A stretch of 58,973 nt of DNA, the filler included, from Sphacelaria rigidula (taxonomy: Eukaryota), in NCBI GenBank assembly GCA_964200075.2. It is 7 parts of 7 records of this genome, joined end to end, with 100 filler letters (N's around TTAATTAATTAA, not from the genome) between each part and the next. Parts side by side here need not be neighbours in the genome. Positions count along the whole stretch, not along the records: positions 50,636 to 58,973 come from CAXNAA020011469.1; 6 more parts are not named here. The stretch is one strand, 5' to 3'. Shown piece by piece: positions 52,431 through 58,973 of the stretch (positions within the stretch are counted from its first letter, which is position 1; each line of letters opens with the position of its first letter). The translations under genes and the position numbers were made by a program. The notes under the pieces were generated by a model. It saw only the letters and a list, made by a program, of their open reading frames with translations, did not search any database and was not told the DNA's origin.

Positions 52431-52974
52431 GATTAATGACTCCTGACAGCCGCGCAGAGCGCGCGGAGACCAGCCAGCCAGCAAGCGTAGTCAGTGCTGC
52501 ACCCTTGAAGTGCCACAGCGATGTACGGTACAGTACCGTACCGTACTGTTGGGCTACGATGTTTCCCTGTTCTCGAGGAAGAGAGCAAATTCAAAATCGA
52601 GACATGCACCGGGTTTTGAACTCCCTATACAGTTCCGGTCATTTTCCAAATCAAGCATTTCATGGAAGGTTTCGAAACGGCAAAATGGAAAATGACCGAA
52701 GGATTCTAAGAAGAAGGGTACCTGCTGTTTCAGGAAGGAAGTGTACCCATCGATTATTTATCATGTGCTGTGGTAGGTAAGAAAACGCTCAACTTTTTCG
52801 GTGTCATGTGGATGATGAGGTTCTCGAGGACTGAGTACCATGTTATTGACTGCTGACTCCACCATGTCTCATTTCTACCTAGGGGTGTTAAAAAACGTGA
52901 CACTAACCAGGAGCAACATTCTCTCCCGACAAGTCAGTATTTCACCACAGCCTCACAAACCAAGATAGAGTACA
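52431..52974. promoter_or_regulatory. Probable bidirectional promoter region
   Basis: 544 bp between the divergent ATGs of SAS6 and the fimbrin-like gene; inferred from geometry only. Confidence 0.45.
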
Positions 52975-55900
52975 ATGCCATACCAGATGCAAAAGCGACA
53001 CGCACTGCCCGGAGATATGACAGCCCCCACCATGATCACCCACGGCAAGAAAGGCCTCAATTTAAGGCCGTTTGGCGAAGCAGGCAGCGTGCAAAGCAAG
53101 CTGCAGCGCACAGAAAGCCAGGAGAAGGTGGGTCTTCTGTTCAGATCGCTAGGACTGACCCCACGACACAGGGCCAACGTTCGGTTGCACAGCAGCAAAC
53201 GTGGTGTTATACGAACTCATCATGCATTCGTTCTGCGCTTGTTTGTCCCTGTAAACGTTGATGAGGTGGTGCGAATACGTGTGTTTTGTGTTGAAGCTAG
53301 GATCATGCAGATGAAATTTCCCGCTCGTGCAGCGGTACTCCTATTATGCTTGACCTCTCTTTTTTTGTCCAGTGAGTGGATCGGAACATCCCCTCCCCGA
53401 TCGTAAGATGATCACTTTCAGGTGCGCCTATTTTGTCTGGGGGCACTGCTGTGCTTCAGCTTCCGCCTGTTATTGTGTATGCATCTGCTCTCTGTGGTTC
53501 ATGCGCCGAAGCTCGTGTTCGTGGTGTTGAAGGCTTTGACCGCCGGGGTGGATTATCCGTTGAATTGGCACCATGTTAGCTTGAAAAATCACTACAAGAT
53601 CCAGGTGACGCTCGCGTGCACGAATGGATGACTCATTGTTTATGGTGGTCTTTTCTTGAGATCTTCGGGCCGTCTTTTATCGACACCGAATCACGTTCCA
53701 AAATCACTCGCTCGAATCTGGTTCAACCCAGAACAGTCACTTTGACTCTCATCGGAGATTCCACATAATACAGCAAGAGCTGCCTAAAAATCACGAAGGA
53801 CGATGAGTCGTCCAACGGTCAGCAATGTTTGATGTGCTCGACACATCTACAGCAAATATTTGCTTCTTCGTTTGTTTGTTCATTCGTTTTGTTTGTTCGA
53901 GTGCTCATTCATTTTTTTTCCCTCACGCTTTCAACCCCTCCCCTTCCTCGGGATGAGCCGATAGTCTCAAGGGATCAGCCTGTATCTCCCCCGGTACGTG
54001 CCTTTCATTTTGGTCTAGCGGATTGGGTCGGCACTTCCGCACCGCGTCAACGCACGTCACACAAACCCAGTCGACTCCTTTGTTTCCTCACGTTCTCACG
54101 CTTTCCACGGTAGAAATCATACACTGCGCAGAAAAAACCCAACGCATCAGGAATCGAACCCCCGTTCTCTCCACCCTAAAGGCGCCAGTCGGACCATTTC
54201 ACCACCGGGACGCTCAGTGTTTGCTTCTTTGTTTTTTCTTTCAGCAACAGCAGCAATCTCTTGAATGGGGGCGAATGTCGTTGGACGATTTGTGAATGAT
54301 AAGAGAAACCATTAAAACTGTACATATATAGTATACGAAGGTGGACTGTGGGGGGCTTGGTGTGGGGTATGTGTGTGTGTGTATTTTTTTGTGTGTTTGT
54401 TTAACCAAAGGAAAAACAGTGTGATACGGTAAGTGCCTCAGGTCGCTTTTTATGGCAAACCAGAAATCCAATACGAAAAAGCTTTTTTGGTCCTTTTTCG
54501 GCGCTATTCCTCTTCAGTAACATGACGGCGGTATTTTTGAAGACTAGGCGCCCAAACATAGCACACCTAACGCCTGATGATGCTGAAACTTGACATATGT
54601 GCGACTTGGAGCCGCAGGTAGGTGTCACAGCAGCTTCGGCGACCGGTTTGTGCACTGCGTGGCTTGTAGTGTCGTTTATGCACGATGCTGCTGTCATTCC
54701 GAAAATATACCACTTTCTAATGACAACTCTAGAGAGAAACGATATGAAATCCGCGCGGATACAGGCGCAGATCTTACCAGGGTTGTTATGTACGTCAGTC
54801 CCCTGTCGGTCGAGGCTGGCACGAAGATGGGAAATCACCACCAGTTGAGGTTCTCCGTATCTTAGAGGGAAATTACCTTGGTTTTTATACGCCGTGTCGA
54901 CCAACGCACGGGCCGTACAGCCGAGCCGAACAGAAGAGTGTCTTGTGCCAAGGAACTCTGAAGCTGTTCGGGGATGGGGCTGTTCGGGGACGGGGCGAAG
55001 TCTCCTTCCAGGTAGTGCCAGACTTACGTGGCCAGTACCACGACCGTTTCACGAGGACAGGAACGGTTGCTGTGGTATTCTTCTGGCAGAATCAACCGGA
55101 CCTTCGTTCAGCAGGCGCTCCCACGTCACCATCTTGACCTTTCTTTCTCCGCCTGTCGTCTCATCGCTTTTTTGCGGTTTTTTTCTCCCAAAATTTCACT
55201 TGGTTACAGAAAAGGACAGAGTGCAAGTTGCAATGACTGGTGGAGGGACAAGGCTTGTGCTAGAAGCTTTTGATAATGACTACTTCCCCTGTCCCACAAG
55301 CAAAGGTACCTGAATTTGTACGGGCCCTTAACGATGTTCGATCTTTTTATTTATTTATTGAAATCTACGGTGATATTGGGGTCAAGAAAATGTGTTTAAA
55401 ATTTGCAGCTCGTGCTTGAACCATGCCGCCGAACGGCTGCAAAAAAAGTAGTCGGGCCAAAAATGGCCAATTGTTTACCCTTTCCGAGGGGAAAAAAAGT
55501 GTCGTTTTTTTTTCAGTCGCCCCCGCCTCCACTGGGGCTTGCTGCCAGGAAGTCCCACGCGATTAAATAAAAAAAACGACACTTTTTCCCCTCGGAAAGG
55601 GGCAAAAAACGGCCATTTTAGGCCCGACTACTTTTATTGCAGCCGTTCGGCGGCATGGTTCAAGCACGAGCTCAAACTTTAAACACATTTTCTTGACCCC
55701 AATATCACCGTAGATTTCAATAAATAAATAAATAAAAAGATCGAACATCGTTAAGGGCCCGTACAAATTCAGGTACCTTTACTTATGGGACAGAGGAAGT
55801 ATACGAAGTACATGACCGAAGATTATTGTTGCATTATTGGAGTTTGAAAATCGAAACAAAACAAAGTCGTGTACTGTACTCCGTTTATCCTGTTTCTTTT

Positions 55901-57661
55901 CCAGAGCGGTGCCATAAAGAGGGACAAGATTAAGGCCGGGAAGGCAAGTTGAAAACTGTGAACCGTTGTACCATACCATACCATACCATACCCCCCGAAC
56001 CCCCCATCCGGTTTTCTCCGCGCGGCTCTCGATATCGTGCAGGCGAGGCTAGCGTCTTACATCAATGAGCATCTGGGGGCAGACGAATTCCTTCAGCACT
56101 TGCTCCCCGTGGATGCTAGGGGCGCGAACGTCTTCAACAAGCTTCACGACGGCGTACTCTTGTGTCGACTGGTGTGCCTGGTATTTCCCGGCTCAATAGG
56201 TGACCCACGTTCCTATAGTAAATGTTATCCCTCTGTGTGACTCCGTTTGTCCATAGCCCCTCTCTGACCGTGTCTATTTCGCTTTACGGGGTATATCACC
56301 TCCTCCCTCTCCACTCTGAACAGTATCCCCCCCCCCATCCCCCTCAGTTATCTGGGCTAGTTTGATTGCGGCACCCGCATCGCCTGAAGTGGTGTTGTGG
56401 ATAGGTCTGGATGATGTTCGATACGTGTGTGTCGCCGAGTTGTATCTCGGTAGACACGCGCGCCCTGGTGGTCCAACTGGTGAAGCTGAAACCAGGCGAA
56501 ACGGAAGATTTTGGGTTCGAACGCCGGCAGATGTGGGTTCAGGGAGTTTTTGTGAGAAGTGCCTCATTTCCGGTTGTAGACGTGAAGATGTGAGTAGTGA
56601 AGAAAGAAAACTCAGTCGGCGAGGGTCGACGCGTTGCGAAGGTCCTTATGGTCATGATCCAATCCGCGAGATCAAAATGCAAGGCAGGTATAGGGGGCAG
56701 ACATGAACTGATCCCTTGAGACGACGGCGTCATGCCGAGGAAAAGACGAGGAACGGAAGGGGTTGGAAGTACGTATGGAGAACGATGAAACACGAGTTCA
56801 GGGAGTATTTCTGTCTGCGCGGGGCCTTTTATATATGTTGTACGGTCGAGGCTTAAATTCAAGGGTCATTTAATTCTGCGTCACCCACGGTACTGCATCT
56901 ACCGTGATTTTAATGTACTTGGCGGCGTAGATGACACATCAACCTAGCTTGCACGTATATCGTGGGTTCGAATACTATGTTAGCCTGGTCTTCGCATTGT
57001 TTCCAATTTCTGACGGCGTGACGGCGTGCGTGGGTGAGCAATGTAAAGGGTATCGGCGGAAGTGGAGGAGCTGCAGAAGTGCTGATCCGATATGCGATAG
57101 TAATATATTCCGCCAAGCACTGTAGCCGGGCAGGCATGGGATGGTCCCTGAAGATGACAGTATGGATTTGTCCTGCCGGTATGGGTTTGTCCTGCCGAAG
57201 CGTGGGTAAGGGTTGCAACTATCACGAAAGATAAAGAAACACAGAAATTCACGTCACAAACAACAAGTTGTGCAATTGTAAAGTATGGTGCTGGATGTTT
57301 TGTTCTTCTTTTAATTTTATCCTAATCGTTCTGGATTGTGTCCTTCCATTTTCATCATGTGTTGTTCGTTCCCTTGTTTTCCATCCTTATTTCTTCTCTA
57401 TTTCCCCCCTCTATTTATTTTCCACTTTTTCGTTTACCCCAAGCAGCTGATTCGAAGATACATGTCCCATTGGGCTCCAAGACAGTCGGCATGTACCAGG
57501 CCATCGAAAACCTTAACGCCGCACTCACGGCGGCCGAGATAGCAGGGCTTCGAGTGGTGAACATCGGAGCTACCGACATCATCAACGGCAGGCCGGCCAG
57601 CATTCTGGGGCTGTCGTGGCAGCTCATTCGGGTACACCTACGGACACAGATGGAGATCAAG
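52975..57661 (+). CDS. Fimbrin/plastin-like calponin-homology protein, 5' three exons
   Basis: Exons 52975-53127 (...ESQEK), 56043-56199 (YINEHL...LHDGVLLCRLV..FPGSI) and 57447-57661 (IENLNAALTAA..GLRVVNIGATDIINGRPASILGLSWQLIR). Matches fimbrin CH1; phases 0 and 1 agree. Confidence 0.85.
53205..53398 (-). mobile_element. Possible 3' LTR (184 bp) with polypurine tract
   Basis: Minus strand reads GGGGAGGGGA then TGTT...ATAACA. No partner LTR in the window. Confidence 0.3.
55283..55799. mobile_element. Stowaway-like (Tc1/mariner) foldback MITE, 517 bp, in fimbrin intron 1
   Basis: TA|CTTCCCCTGTCCCACAAG ... CTTATGGGACAGAGGAAG|TA; ~230-bp highly similar arms around a ~55-bp spacer. Confidence 0.9.
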
Positions 57662-58729
57662 GTATACACGAACATGTTTAGATCAATCAACCTGAAAGGG
57701 TGCTACAAACGTTGACGCCTGACTGTCTCGTGTCGTGTTGCACGCTACATCGCCCCCGGGCACAATCATTTGGGTGTTTTCTTTTGTTCCGTACATTGCC
57801 CGATACAAGGACGTGGGGCTACTCGTCATGCCTTGGGGTATTGCATCTTGTGGATGTTACATTTTCTTTTTCATTCATTTTCTCCAGACAACACGGGAGT
57901 AAGATCAAACCCAGCCGTCAAATTGTTCACTCACCTGGAACGAATTGTTTTCTGGTAGGCCGCGGCGACTTACTTTACAATTAAAATTGCTCGACACGTG
58001 TGTGTGTCGAATCATTGGTGAGATTATTCCTTTGCACTGAAAAGAGTGACGGAAGTTTCCGAAATGTTTGGATGAGGATTTGCCATGAAGGTTTTGTGTT
58101 GTGTCTCCCTTGAGAACCAAGAAACCTAATGCCGATTCAACCAACAAGCAGAGTTGATCAAATGGAGGGTATCGCTGTACTCGAACCAAGCGATTCCGAA
58201 TGCAGATGTGTTGCCAACGAGCACAGGCTGTTGAGGTAAGAAATCACGCACTGGAAATCAAGACCTATGTTGGCATTTTTCTCGGTCAGGCATAAAAATA
58301 CACTCACTCGCCCATGCTGGTACGAACGACTCAAGAAGTACAAACGAGACAGCTACACAGATAGTACGACAGCGCAAGGCGCAATGCAAGCGTGGTGACG
58401 GTATAGTACAGTGCAGGACAACACAACACGCCTGAACAGGGCGCAGCACTTGACCATCACGCAGGCACCACGCCGCAACATGAGCTAAAAAGCTAACAGC
58501 CCCCGCAAAGTTGGGTGTGGCAGTTCTGTGGCTCCACTGCGTTTCTCTCTGTTCGACGCTTAATCACTTCCACGACAACTACACGACATTGTGTAGATAC
58601 CAGACGGTCAAGCGCGATTCTACCTGAAGCAGCAGCAACCCCAACCCACCTCGAAATCCACGAATACGCATGCAGCACCCAATGCCACTACTTCCCGTTT
58701 AACCATCGGCATCTATCGTAGCGATGATA

Positions 58730-58925
58730 GACACTTTCTACGACAGAAAGTTCCACGCCAATCGAAATGGAAAAAGCCGAGCGCAACGAGCAGCTGGAAA
58801 ATTCTCACGCTGGGGTTCGTTCTCGCCAATATCGTCCACATGAGGCGCTTCATGCAGCCTGTACCCAACCATCTCGCGCTGTATGACCATTTTTTTTGTG
58901 ACACTTTTGGGCTGGTTTGGGGGTG
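58730..58925. mobile_element. Relative of the 27625-27873 MITE, cut at its terminal G-run by the C-tract repeat
   Basis: GACACTTTCTACGA start; internal sequence is the reverse complement of 27650-27815. Confidence 0.7.
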
Positions 58926-58973
58926 TACTCGTGATCATGCATGCCATAGTCATAAGACCATTGACCTCGCATC

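Noticed and set aside
54574..54625. Minimal hammerhead ribozyme (CTGATGA-TGCT-GAAAC; similar at 51298-51316)
   Set aside because: No stem II base pair and no correctly placed NUH cleavage triplet with stem I.

Overview
This is eukaryotic, intron-rich, repeat-rich DNA. GT-AG introns, short exons and the repeat landscape suggest a brown alga (Phaeophyceae), which is an inference. The window is not one locus: seven contigs of 8340, 8339 (x5) and 8338 bp are joined by 100-bp N44-TTAATTAATTAA-N44 spacers, so they look size-sorted and unrelated. Recognisable genes, mostly cut at contig ends: a kinase-tail/CUE protein (contig 1); ClpP, a new 3-exon gene and an alpha/beta hydrolase (contig 3); an SDR pseudogene (contig 4); spermidine synthase (contig 5); Eco1/ESCO acetyltransferase (contig 6); and SAS-6 head-to-head with a fimbrin-like gene (contig 7). 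The rest is a decayed gypsy element, two tRNA-derived SINE families, piggyBac-, hAT- and Stowaway-like MITEs, long foldbacks and minisatellites. The best leads are an unassigned ~225-nt structured RNA-like element (24953-25177), a Pds5-binding-type motif and C2HC finger in Eco1, a 3.9-kb nest of inverted repeats, and a short poly-C-flanked repeat family. No multi-gene novel system can be supported across contigs.
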